From an uncultured Clostridia bacterium (lineage in GTDB: Bacteria > Bacillota > Clostridia > Christensenellales > UBA1242): 64,000 nucleotides of DNA. Below are positions 1 to 9,369 of the stretch, piece after piece. The stretch covers positions 251,670 to 315,669 of the forward strand of contig CAKVHV010000001.1 of assembly GCA_934754475.1 (NCBI GenBank). Direction: 5' to 3'. Below the pieces are notes generated by a model that saw only the letters and a program-made list of their open reading frames with translations, was not told the DNA's origin and ran no database searches. The position numbers and the translations under genes are program-made. The number at the start of each line of letters is the position of its first letter. The stretch's first letter is position 1.

Positions 1-1
1 A

Positions 2-64
2 CCTTTCGTTTACAGCGCCAATGACCATTGCTGATATGACAAAAAGTGGGAAAATAAGGGGATA
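2..64 (+). CDS. 3' end of an upstream phage late gene (partial, runs off the window)
   Basis: Open frame from the window edge ending at TAA 62-64, 2 nt before the next start; tightly packed like the following genes. Confidence 0.3.
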
Positions 65-66
65 AA

Positions 67-465
67 ATGGCTTGGAATGATGGTGTTTCAAAAGAATTAG
101 AAGAGTATTTCAATAACATTGGAACATTCGGCGATAAAGCGATTGAAGCTGTGAAAGAGCAAATTGATATAGAAGTAAACAAACTTATTTTACAACTAGA
201 ATCCACAACACCAAGGGGAGCAACACTTGGGCTTTTGAACTCACTAAGGAATTCAAGAATCACAGCAAAAAGGAATTGGTATGGCTATTCTGTGGAGTTT
301 GTTGGACAGGACAGAAAAGGTGTGCCATATCAAAAAATTGCAAACATACTAAACTACGGAACGAGTTTCATAAAAGGAACTCGTTTTATTACAAAAGCAA
401 TCCATAACTTAAAGAATATGGATGAAAGAATCTATGAAAGATTTCAAACAAAAATTAAAAAATAA
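67..465 (+). CDS. HK97 gp10-like phage head-tail/neck protein
   Basis: 132 aa. The pattern TPRGATLGLLNSL...YGYSVEF...VPYQKIANILNYGTSFIKGTRFITKA resembles gp10-family proteins by eye. AAGGGGA RBS; sits directly 5' of the tape measure gene. Confidence 0.45.
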   Translation: MAWNDGVSKELEEYFNNIGTFGDKAIEAVKEQIDIEVNKLILQLESTTPRGATLGLLNSLRNSRITAKRNWYGYSVEFVGQDRKGVPYQKIANILNYGTSFIKGTRFITKAIHNLKNMDERIYERFQTKIKK

Positions 466-477
466 GGAGAGTGGCTG

Positions 478-2061
478 ATGGAAGTAGGAAGAAGTCTAGA
501 CCAGATAGACACAAAGGTCAAAAAACTAAATGATTCGCTTAAACAGTCCACGAACCTTACAAAAGAGTTAGATAAATCATTAAAGTTTGATCCAAAGAAT
601 ACTGAAGCTATGGCAAACAAAATGACTAATCTAAAGAACCAAATTGGGCTGGCAACACAAAAGGTCTCACTACTCAAACAACAGCAAATTCAAGCAAACA
701 AAGCGTTCCAACAAGGCGATATAAGTGCAAAAGAATACAACAAAATTCAAGTTGCAGTTCTTAAAGCAGAAAATGAATTGAAGAGATACAATGTGGAACT
801 TGACAATGCATCAAATCAAGGGAAAATTGCTAAGATTGGTAAACTATCGCAAGGGTTTGATAAAGTCGAAAATTCGCTAAAAAGGTCGCAAAAAACACTA
901 AAAGCATTTAGTAAATTGGCACTAGGATTGGTAACAACAATAACAGCATCAATCACTGCTTTTACTGCTCAAACAACAGCACTTAACGACCAGGCAAAAG
1001 CACTAGATGTCAGCATTGAAAAATTACAACTACAAAGAAATGTTTATAAGCAAATCACAGGCGATGCATCAAATTATGATTCAGCACTAACAAGTATGAA
1101 GGGTGTTATGACAAGCATAGCACTTGGTCAAGGTAGTGCTTATCTAAATATTTTGAAAAGACTTGGAGTTTCAACCAAAGACCTGGAAGGGAACACGAAA
1201 TCATTATCAACAATTTATGATGAAGTCTTGGTTGCTCTTTCAGAGATGGAAAACACAACACTTCGCAATTCGCTTGCCTATGAGTTGTTTGGCGATAATG
1301 CAATAAATGTTCTAGAAGTAATGCAATCATCTAGCGAAACCATTGCAGACTTAAACGAAAAGCAACTAGAACTTGGAATCACAACCGAAGAACAAGCACA
1401 GACTGCTGAAGAAATAAAAGCCAAATGGGATGAAATGAAATTAAAGTTTATGGAAGTTAGTGCAGAGCTAGCACAAACACTTCTACCTTTAATTGAGACT
1501 ATTTGCCAGTTTATGATTGAAAATGTGATACCAATTCTCACTAGCATCGCAAATTGGTTTGCTGGAATGAGTCCGTCACAGCAAAAATTCACAGTATTTT
1601 TGTTATTGATCATCATTCTCTTGCCAAAAGTAGTGGCAATAATCACAGCAATAGTTGGTGTTATTAAAGCAATAACCATAGCAAGTTATGGCGCTGCGGG
1701 TGGGATTGGTGCTGTATCAGCGGCAAGTGTACCACTTATTCCAATTGCTTTGGCTGTCGTTGCAGTAATATTAACACTTGCATTATTATTTGCATTTTTA
1801 ACAGGTAGAAGCAAGGAATTGACAAAGACTTTGGCATCTCAAACAGGACAGATGGCAGAGTTAGAAAGTTCATACTCAAACATTGGCGATGATTTCAATA
1901 TAAACACATCACAAGTAAACGAAAATTCAAACACAAATTCAGCAGAAATCCATGTTGACATAGATGCTCACGGAGACACTGAATTAAGCGAGCAGAATGC
2001 TGAACTTGTGGCAGACAAACTTGCTGAAAGAATCAATAAGGAACTAGGAGGTAAGATCTAA
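478..2061 (+). CDS. phage tail tape measure protein
   Basis: 527 aa with a long coiled-coil-like N-terminal half and central Gly/Ala-rich hydrophobic segments (AAGGIGAVSAASVPLIPIALAVVAVIL). Followed by Dit/Tal-like genes; stop/start overlap TAATG at 2059-2063. Confidence 0.7.
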   Translation: MEVGRSLDQIDTKVKKLNDSLKQSTNLTKELDKSLKFDPKNTEAMANKMTNLKNQIGLATQKVSLLKQQQIQANKAFQQGDISAKEYNKIQVAVLKAENELKRYNVELDNASNQGKIAKIGKLSQGFDKVENSLKRSQKTLKAFSKLALGLVTTITASITAFTAQTTALNDQAKALDVSIEKLQLQRNVYKQITGDASNYDSALTSMKGVMTSIALGQGSAYLNILKRLGVSTKDLEGNTKSLSTIYDEVLVALSEMENTTLRNSLAYELFGDNAINVLEVMQSSSETIADLNEKQLELGITTEEQAQTAEEIKAKWDEMKLKFMEVSAELAQTLLPLIETICQFMIENVIPILTSIANWFAGMSPSQQKFTVFLLLIIILLPKVVAIITAIVGVIKAITIASYGAAGGIGAVSAASVPLIPIALAVVAVILTLALLFAFLTGRSKELTKTLASQTGQMAELESSYSNIGDDFNINTSQVNENSNTNSAEIHVDIDAHGDTELSEQNAELVADKLAERINKELGGKI

Positions 2062-2957
2062 TGCGAAAGTTTTGGCTAGAAAATGCTAGTGGCAAAAAGT
2101 GGGATCTAACACCTAAAAATCCTTATAACAACAATAGTAGTTTTTTCGCAGAACCAGATGGTCTTGGAATTAAAACTAAGATAACTAGTTATGAAGTAGA
2201 AAACACTTGCTTTATTGAAAAAGTAGAAACACAATCGCAAACCATCTCTGGCGATTTGTATTTCAGTAGTTATGAACATTTTACTAAGTTTGTAGAGTTT
2301 GTGGGAAACATAAACACAAATCAAGCAATGAAACTTTATTACTCAACAAATGGTTTTTCAATAGACAATCCTTTTGAAACTGAGTGGTATAAACTTGTTT
2401 TAATCAATGAATTGAAAAAAGGCGAAATAGATTATAAAACAGGGTTCTTGAAAGTTCAAATCAAATTTGCTTGTATGTCGAGATGGAAAAAGGACAAACA
2501 CATAACATTGGAACTAAGTAGATATGGAGAGCCTTTGGTTTATCCATATTACTATCCATACTATTATGGTGGGAGCAACAATCTTGCAGTTGATATTGAT
2601 AATGAAGGAAACTTGCCAACAAGTTGCATTATTAAAGTTGAATCTATAACAGATACACCATTGATTAGACTATTGCAAAATGGAGAAATCATCGAACAAG
2701 CAAAATACAATTTAGTAGTTCAAGAAAATAGTTATCTATTGATAAATAGCAGTCCAGACAAACAGGAAGCGACATTATACACTTTAAGAAACGGGGAATA
2801 TGTAAAAGAGGATGTTTATTATATTGGCGAAAAAGACTATAGTTACTCAAACTTTATAACAATACCAGCAGGCAAATCTAGACTATTGATATCAGCCAAG
2901 AACACGAACTTTGGCAAGGTTACAATTTCATACTCAATACAAAGGGAGTTGGTGTAG
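2061..2957 (+). CDS. distal tail protein (Dit)-like phage tail component
   Basis: 298 aa directly after the tape measure, translationally coupled. The position is typical of siphovirus Dit; the sequence itself has no diagnostic motif. Confidence 0.5.
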   Translation: MRKFWLENASGKKWDLTPKNPYNNNSSFFAEPDGLGIKTKITSYEVENTCFIEKVETQSQTISGDLYFSSYEHFTKFVEFVGNINTNQAMKLYYSTNGFSIDNPFETEWYKLVLINELKKGEIDYKTGFLKVQIKFACMSRWKKDKHITLELSRYGEPLVYPYYYPYYYGGSNNLAVDIDNEGNLPTSCIIKVESITDTPLIRLLQNGEIIEQAKYNLVVQENSYLLINSSPDKQEATLYTLRNGEYVKEDVYYIGEKDYSYSNFITIPAGKSRLLISAKNTNFGKVTISYSIQRELV

Positions 2958-4031
2958 ATGGTAATTTATAAAATTTATGCAAGGAAGGATTTGCAATATA
3001 TAGACGGCGGCGTGGTTAAAGATTATTCAGTAGACAATGATATTGTTTCGGACAATACTAGTTGGCTTACATTAGTTAAGGTGTCAAATGGTTTCAAAGG
3101 CGACATTGTCGCACTTATTGATGGAAAAAAATTGATTGAACTTGGCGTAGTAACAGCAATTGATAACAGTGAGATGAAAATATCTTTCAAAAATATGAAC
3201 GAGCTATTCAATGATACAATTATCAATGTTTTTAAGTTCGCAAACATAATCAATTGCAAGTTCGAAGGTGTTCAGGGGTTGCGAACAATTTTGACTTTTG
3301 CGTACCTAAAAAATGATGATCCAGAGAAGATTCTTCCACTAGAGTTTACAACCTTTGGGCTTGCTAGTCGCTGTGTCTATACGGATGATAGTGACACAAT
3401 AAATCTAAAAGATTTTATAAGATGGATGTTCGATACTTACAATATTTATCTTGATTTTTCAATAGATTTTTCTAAGAACAAGATAATTTGTTCAATAAAT
3501 AAAAACTCGACAGAAGGGCTTGTTATAAAAGATAATATCCTTTTGTCAAGTCCAGAGTTTGATAACAATGATATGCCAAACTATAACAAGGCTTGTTTAT
3601 ATAATAAGGATACAGGTTTTATTGAGGGTGTCTATTATTTGTTAGAAGATAACACTATAACAAGTGATCCAAACAATAAAAAAAGAATATTACCTGTGAA
3701 TACAACGTACATCTCATGGGATGAAACGGAAGCCGTAAAAGAAGGTTATAAAATGGAAGATTTAGTAAAAAGCGAGTTGTGTGGGAACATCTATAATCAT
3801 TGCATTTTATACAAATTATCAAAGCAACAAAACATGATTAAATGCCAGGATTTTAAGTATGGAGATAAAGTGACAATCGTTTATAAAAACAGAGAATATT
3901 CTTCGATATTTACAGGATTAAAATACTCAATGAGCTCACAATATTACACTTGTGTGTTTGGTAAAACTCGAATAGATTTCACGGACAGAATGAAGATTTA
4001 CAACGATAGAAGATATAGCAGGAGGAAGTAA
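2958..4031 (+). CDS. tail-associated (Tal-position) baseplate protein
   Basis: 357 aa, abuts the previous stop (TAG-ATG). Assigned by gene order only. Confidence 0.4.
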   Translation: MVIYKIYARKDLQYIDGGVVKDYSVDNDIVSDNTSWLTLVKVSNGFKGDIVALIDGKKLIELGVVTAIDNSEMKISFKNMNELFNDTIINVFKFANIINCKFEGVQGLRTILTFAYLKNDDPEKILPLEFTTFGLASRCVYTDDSDTINLKDFIRWMFDTYNIYLDFSIDFSKNKIICSINKNSTEGLVIKDNILLSSPEFDNNDMPNYNKACLYNKDTGFIEGVYYLLEDNTITSDPNNKKRILPVNTTYISWDETEAVKEGYKMEDLVKSELCGNIYNHCILYKLSKQQNMIKCQDFKYGDKVTIVYKNREYSSIFTGLKYSMSSQYYTCVFGKTRIDFTDRMKIYNDRRYSRRK

Positions 4032-4032
4032 A

Positions 4033-5124
4033 ATGTCTTATTATTTGAAAGGAATTGGTGACCAGGTTACTGGCAGAAATGAGATTTCACCAATTTTTGA
4101 TGCTAAAATTAACAATTTTTTTGCCAAGAGCAGTCCTTGTGTTATAGGCTCTGAAGTAAATCAACTTAGTGGCACAGTTATTTCAAGAGGTGTAACCGTT
4201 GATTCAGGTATGGCATTTGCATTCGGTTATTTTGGTATGAGTGATGCGGTTGTTCAATTTAATTTTGTAACACCAAGTAGTGCAACACAATATTCAAAAA
4301 TTTATGCAGAATTTAATATGTCATTAAATCCACAATCATTTTCAATTAAAGTAACACCGCAATCAAATTCAAAGATTATAGACCTAACGCAAGATGACCT
4401 GTCAAAGATACCAATGGGTAAATTTCAATTGCCGCTATACTTAGTAACAATTCCAACAAATGGAAAAATTACAATTCAAGATTTAAGAGTTATTCAAAAT
4501 ACAATAGGAGAGATTGATTTTTCGTATGCGTCGAAAAATGTTATTTTGGATAAAAATCGCAACAAATACAGACCACTTGTTTACGATTCATCCTACAACA
4601 GAATGACAACTATTCTAGGTGGTGTTTCAAATAAAGAGTATGAAGTGGAAGTGCCAGGTCGATATTTGGTTTGGCGCTCACAAAATGCATCTGGAATTGG
4701 AACTGCTATTCCTGGGACTAGCAGTCCTGGCTATCTTGCAATAGAATTTCAAGAGCAAAAATTATATGGTTCACCTAAATATTACGAACTTGTAATTGAT
4801 TATTCACCAAATTTGCCAGAAAATTTGATAAGGATTCCCAAAGGTAAAAATGAGAACTATTGGTATTCAGGTGGCAGAATGCACATATTTGTTGAGCCAT
4901 TCACATCGCCAGCTGGGCAACCTAATATTTTATGCTATCCACTAGGAACATTGATAAATTGGGCTGATCACGATGATTGTGGCTCTGGCTCGGCACTTTT
5001 GATTTGTGAGCGCTATTGCATAGATGAAAAAAGAGGTTTGATGTTGCAGTATATAGAAAGAGTTGGAAATACAAATCAAGCCCAAAGAAATTGTGCATTG
5101 ATAGAAGTTTACGCAATCATATAG
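4033..5124 (+). CDS. phage tail/baseplate protein, unknown function
   Basis: 363 aa, starts 1 nt after the previous stop. In the tail module; no motif recognised. Confidence 0.35.
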   Translation: MSYYLKGIGDQVTGRNEISPIFDAKINNFFAKSSPCVIGSEVNQLSGTVISRGVTVDSGMAFAFGYFGMSDAVVQFNFVTPSSATQYSKIYAEFNMSLNPQSFSIKVTPQSNSKIIDLTQDDLSKIPMGKFQLPLYLVTIPTNGKITIQDLRVIQNTIGEIDFSYASKNVILDKNRNKYRPLVYDSSYNRMTTILGGVSNKEYEVEVPGRYLVWRSQNASGIGTAIPGTSSPGYLAIEFQEQKLYGSPKYYELVIDYSPNLPENLIRIPKGKNENYWYSGGRMHIFVEPFTSPAGQPNILCYPLGTLINWADHDDCGSGSALLICERYCIDEKRGLMLQYIERVGNTNQAQRNCALIEVYAII

Positions 5125-5133
5125 GAGAAATAG

Positions 5134-6858
5134 ATGAGCAATATAAAATTAAAATTATTAAGCAATAGAAAATTCACGATTACAAATATTGATGAGAACT
5201 ACTTGCTTGAAGATGAAAACAATGCCACCTCAATTGAAATTGAGTTTCCAAAAGAATACGAAAACTATTCAAAGCGAATAGACTTTATGAATTGCAAAAA
5301 AGAAAAATGGACAACGAGTTTATTTGAGCCAGAGAACGAAGAAAATATTTATGGAGAAGGCTTTGACAAACTCAACTTTACTTTTACTATTCCAGATGCA
5401 ATGGCAAAGCGTGGCGAATTAAAAATTCAACCAATAGCATATTTGGCAGATGGAACAGATACTATTGTGCCATTCAAAATTTTAATCGTAACAATTAATG
5501 ATTCAATTCTTTATGCGAAAACCCAGGGGAAAAACAACCCTGACTTGGTCATAAAAGCATACGAATATAGTAATAAAGCACTTGAATTATCACGAGAGGC
5601 ATTTCAAAAAACGGAAGAAGCAAAGGAGGCGGCAGTATCAGCAAAAAACAGTGCTACTAGTTCAGCAAACAGTGCAACAATTGCAAATGCGAGAGCAAAT
5701 GCCGCCAAAACTAGTGCAGAAGAAGCTCAAAAATCGGCATTAGACGCAAAAATATCTGCTAACACGGCGCAAACAAGTGCAAAAGAGGCACAAGCTTCGG
5801 CAGACAATGCTGATAAGAGAGCGACTAGTGCAGAAACAGTCTCAAAAGATGCTAATACAAAATCAACAAATGCCGTAAATACAGCAAATTCTGCAAACAC
5901 AAAATCCACCCAGGCGCTAGACATTGTGGAAAACTTGACAGTAACAAGCGAAGAACTCCCTTGCACTGAAAAAGTTAAAGTTGAAATAGAGACAAAATCA
6001 TCAACTAAAAGAAAAAACATAAAGTTCTCAGTTCCTGCACCAAAGCAAGGCAAATCATACCGAGCAAAAGGCCCTTGGGAAAACGACCTTGAGTATAGTA
6101 ACAACGAATACTATATTGACACAGTAAGTAGACATGGTTGTACTTATTGGTGTAAGCAAACCAATAAAGCACACGAACCAATAGTCAACACAGAAGATGA
6201 ATATTGGGGTTTACTAGCACAAAAAGGTAGTGATGCAGGTGTAACCATTGTAAACAATCTAGAATCCGAACACGCCGACTATGTTTTGTCAGCAAAGCAA
6301 GGCAAAGTCTTAAAAGAATTGATTGCAAGTTCTATTGAAAAAGCAATAAGTGATTTGGTTAATAATGCACCAGAAAATCTAAACACCTTAAAAGAGATTG
6401 CTGATGCAATAGATAACGATCCTAAGTTTGGAACAACAGTAAAGAATTTGATTAAAACCAATTCGGACAATATAACAAAAATTGTAAATGGAACAACCAA
6501 GGTTAAGAAGTCGGAGAATACGGAATATCTAGTCTCACAGGATACAAGAGAAGCAAACACAACACCTTTGGATTATATGTCAAACTCATCAAGACAAATG
6601 AGAGTAGAGTTTAAGAAACTATCAACAATAGGTGCAAATTCGGTGCTTACAGGCGAGTATTGCCAAATACTGACGCTAATTCCTTGGAGTGATAAATCTG
6701 GTGGCTATCCAACACAAATAGCCATAAACACAAGTGGCATTGCATACAGAACCGGAACAGGCGATTCAACTTGGAACGATTGGAAGATTGTAGTAATAAG
6801 TGCAAGTCGAAGCACACTTGGCGATATAACAGTAAGTTCAATTAACATTGTGACATAG
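5134..6858 (+). CDS. phage tail fibre protein
   Basis: 574 aa. Ala/Ser/Thr/Asn-rich coiled-coil stretch (SAKNSATSSANSATIANARANAAKTSAEEAQKSALDAKISANTAQTSAKEAQASADNA). Fibre-typical motifs YVLSAKQGKVL and APENLNTLKEIADAIDNDPKF. Confidence 0.7.
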   Translation: MSNIKLKLLSNRKFTITNIDENYLLEDENNATSIEIEFPKEYENYSKRIDFMNCKKEKWTTSLFEPENEENIYGEGFDKLNFTFTIPDAMAKRGELKIQPIAYLADGTDTIVPFKILIVTINDSILYAKTQGKNNPDLVIKAYEYSNKALELSREAFQKTEEAKEAAVSAKNSATSSANSATIANARANAAKTSAEEAQKSALDAKISANTAQTSAKEAQASADNADKRATSAETVSKDANTKSTNAVNTANSANTKSTQALDIVENLTVTSEELPCTEKVKVEIETKSSTKRKNIKFSVPAPKQGKSYRAKGPWENDLEYSNNEYYIDTVSRHGCTYWCKQTNKAHEPIVNTEDEYWGLLAQKGSDAGVTIVNNLESEHADYVLSAKQGKVLKELIASSIEKAISDLVNNAPENLNTLKEIADAIDNDPKFGTTVKNLIKTNSDNITKIVNGTTKVKKSENTEYLVSQDTREANTTPLDYMSNSSRQMRVEFKKLSTIGANSVLTGEYCQILTLIPWSDKSGGYPTQIAINTSGIAYRTGTGDSTWNDWKIVVISASRSTLGDITVSSINIVT

Positions 6859-6867
6859 GAGATTAGT

Positions 6868-7890
6868 ATGGCAAGGATTAAATTTAATGGCGTTGATATA
6901 GATACAATATGCCAAAAAAGAACCGACACAAACTATGGTCCAGTGCCAGCAATGAAATACTTCAAACTAAATGGTCAAGAAGCTTTTGATTATGTAAAAG
7001 GAACGAGTGGGTATGTCTTCAGCGAAAATATTGACATACCTATTTCTCTTAATGGCAAGCGAGTTCCTTTCGATTCAATAGGAACAAGACCATTGTCAAT
7101 AGATAGAGGTATGGATACTTCAAACAACGCAAAAATTTACATTCAAAGAGCATCCGATGGAAGAATATATAGAACAGTAGGAAACTCAACCGATAGTGAC
7201 TATACCATTGCACCAGCATCACTAAAACTTCGTGGACTTATTATAAGTCAATGTGGTGCAGGTGGCTCAGGTGGCGGTTCATCAAGTGGAACTGCTGGAA
7301 GTGGTGGCGGTGGTGGTGGATCTATGGTGTTTTACATTAAAATCCCAAGAAACTTTGTTGGAGTTTTGTGCCGAATGGACTTCTCAGATGGAGATGCCTA
7401 CCTTAATTGGCGAGATGTAACAGGTGTTTATTTATTATCAAGTAAAGGTGGAGGCGGCTCTTGGAATGGTGGAGGAGCAGGTGGTGCTGGAACAGGAATG
7501 GTAGTGGAAGGCGATATGCTTAATGTTGCGGCAGGACACATTGATGTTGTTAAAAGTGCAAATGGTGGCTCAGGTGGTGGAACAGGCAATCGTGGTGGCA
7601 ATGCAGATTTGCTAATGCTGATGACATATCCTGAGGACTCGACCTATACCGTTGTATGGTTTAGTCAAGGTGGACTTGGTGGCAATGCTGGTGGCTCTGG
7701 AAATGATGCTGGAGGTGGCGGCGGAGCAAGTTCTTGGGGTGGTGGTGCAGATGGCGCATCACCAGGACAGAACAATGGTAAAAATGGTGGCTACGGAGCA
7801 GGCGGCTCAGGTGGCGGTGCAAAGGTTTGGACTTTTACAAATCGTAGTGGAGGTTCTGGTGGAAATGCTGGAATCTGGTACATTTATTAA
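6868..7890 (+). CDS. glycine-rich tail-fibre-associated protein
   Basis: 340 aa. Globular N-terminus followed by repeated poly-Gly blocks (CGAGGSGGGSSSGTAGSGGGGGGS, GGGGSWNGGGAGGAGTG, GGGGGASSWGGGADG). Lies next to the tail fibre gene. Confidence 0.6.
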   Translation: MARIKFNGVDIDTICQKRTDTNYGPVPAMKYFKLNGQEAFDYVKGTSGYVFSENIDIPISLNGKRVPFDSIGTRPLSIDRGMDTSNNAKIYIQRASDGRIYRTVGNSTDSDYTIAPASLKLRGLIISQCGAGGSGGGSSSGTAGSGGGGGGSMVFYIKIPRNFVGVLCRMDFSDGDAYLNWRDVTGVYLLSSKGGGGSWNGGGAGGAGTGMVVEGDMLNVAAGHIDVVKSANGGSGGGTGNRGGNADLLMLMTYPEDSTYTVVWFSQGGLGGNAGGSGNDAGGGGGASSWGGGADGASPGQNNGKNGGYGAGGSGGGAKVWTFTNRSGGSGGNAGIWYIY

Positions 7891-7901
7891 GGAGAATAAA
7901 A

Positions 7902-8452
7902 TGGCGATTTTATCAGGTAAAATTTATCACAAGATAAACTTAAACAATTTTTCAATTGTAGACAACAAAATTGTGGTTTTGGTTGATTACTATCAAACAC
8001 AAGAAGATAGAGAAAAAGAGAAACAAAACACAGTTCCTATAAATGAATTTTTAACAAAGGCAAAAAACTTTATTGAAGAATTGCAAAATGAATTTTTCAA
8101 ACTATTAAAGCAAAACAATTTAGATCCCAACATAGAAGTTGATGATAAAAAATTACAAGAAATTCTGCAAAGCAATGAAGAAATAGCAAGGAAATATAGC
8201 GAAGGAATATCATTTGGAACAGATTTTGACTTTCTATTACAAAAGTTAGTGTTAGGTAGAACAATCAGTTTTAAACCAGCAAACATGGAAAAATGGAAAG
8301 AACTAGGACTCAACGAAGAGTGGCTGACAGAATCAGCATCAAAACTTGGAACTATGAAAGTTGAACTTTGCGACTATACAGGTCAAAACATAACACCAGA
8401 GTTCTTATATACTGAACTCAAAAAGAAAATAAACAATGCAGTAGATTGTTAA
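7902..8452 (+). CDS. phage hypothetical protein
   Basis: ATG at 7902 preceded by AAGGAGA. The track ORF 7652..8452 extends upstream only because the alternative frame of the GGN repeats lacks stops. Confidence 0.45.
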
Positions 8453-8462
8453 AGGAGAAATT

Positions 8463-8768
8463 ATGATAGCAATAGTTATAAGCATATGCGCTAGTGTTAT
8501 AAGTGGAATGGTTGTGTTTTTCTTACAAAACTTTTTCAAGAGAAGACAAAAGGAAGAAGAAAAACGAGATGAAAGGCAACATAAGAAGGATGTGTTGATG
8601 ATGAAAAGTATCAATGCAGTTGGCGATTTAACACTAGCAAATGCCATTGCAATTCGTGATGGTAAGACTAATGGGGAACTTAAAAAGGCCCTTAAAGAAT
8701 ATGATGAGTCGAGCAAAGAAATGCTCGACTTTTTAATTGAGAATTCAGCAGATGGAGGTAATAAATAA
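8463..8768 (+). CDS. small N-terminally anchored membrane protein (holin/lysis-module position)
   Basis: 101 aa, one N-terminal TM (IAIVISICASVISGMVVFFL) followed by a highly charged tail. GGAGA RBS. Confidence 0.4.
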   Translation: MIAIVISICASVISGMVVFFLQNFFKRRQKEEEKRDERQHKKDVLMMKSINAVGDLTLANAIAIRDGKTNGELKKALKEYDESSKEMLDFLIENSADGGNK

Positions 8769-9109
8769 TGTTGGAGATCATTTGTGTACCAGTGATTGTT
8801 TCATTGGTTTTTGGTTTAATGGAAGCCTATAAGGTTTTAATTGCTAAAGCAAAAAATAAGGAAACACTTATTCGAATTATTCCAATCATTGCTTGTGTGA
8901 TTGGTATTGCATTTGGAATTTTATTTTATTATGTATGCCCAAGTATCGTTGCCGCAACTAACATTTGGACAGCAATATTGATTGGTGGCGCTAGTGGTTT
9001 GTCGGCAACAGGTTGCAATCAAATTTTCAAGCAACTTAAAAAGTTTGGAATTGATGTTAAAGAAATCGAAAATAAAGAAAACAATGACAACCAAGGTGGT
9101 GCTGAATAA
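8768..9109 (+). CDS. holin-like membrane protein
   Basis: 113 aa with about 3 TM segments and a charged C-terminus. Overlapping stop/start with both neighbours; sits between the tail genes and the integrase. Confidence 0.55.
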   Translation: MLEIICVPVIVSLVFGLMEAYKVLIAKAKNKETLIRIIPIIACVIGIAFGILFYYVCPSIVAATNIWTAILIGGASGLSATGCNQIFKQLKKFGIDVKEIENKENNDNQGGAE

Positions 9110-9303
9110 TGCAAAACACCTCATTTGATTTTACAAATGAAGTGCCTAGAAGTAACGAATATAAAGACAAAGAAATTAAAAATCAAGAATATATAATCAT
9201 TAAAGGAACTCGCTATTTTAAGCGAGTTTTTTTAGATGATTGCGTTGAATTAGTTCGCTACGATTATAGTTCTAAAAAGTGGGTGTTTCTGCTTTTTGTT
9301 TAG
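9109..9303 (+). CDS. phage hypothetical protein
   Basis: 64 aa, ATG overlaps the previous stop (TAATG). No motif recognised. Confidence 0.3.
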   Translation: MQNTSFDFTNEVPRSNEYKDKEIKNQEYIIIKGTRYFKRVFLDDCVELVRYDYSSKKWVFLLFV

Positions 9304-9369
9304 GGTATTCTCTGGACTTTAATAGTTGTTTGCGGCAGTATGTGTATGAATAATATAAAGGAGCTTAAT

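Noticed and set aside
1278-1679. Antisense ORFs inside the tape measure (also 1106..1330 and 444..677)
   Set aside because: Shadow ORFs opposite a well-supported long gene. They have odd composition and no RBS.
5727-6104. 125-aa antisense ORF in the tail fibre Ala-rich repeat (also 6279..6560, 6647..6929)
   Set aside because: The antisense of GCN/AAR-rich repeats is naturally stop-poor. There are no translation signals.
7652-8452. 266-aa ORF overlapping the 3' end of the Gly-rich gene
   Set aside because: Its first 83 codons are the +1 reading of GGN repeats (MVA/VVV strings), which contain no stops. The real gene starts at the ATG at 7902, which has an AAGGAGA RBS.
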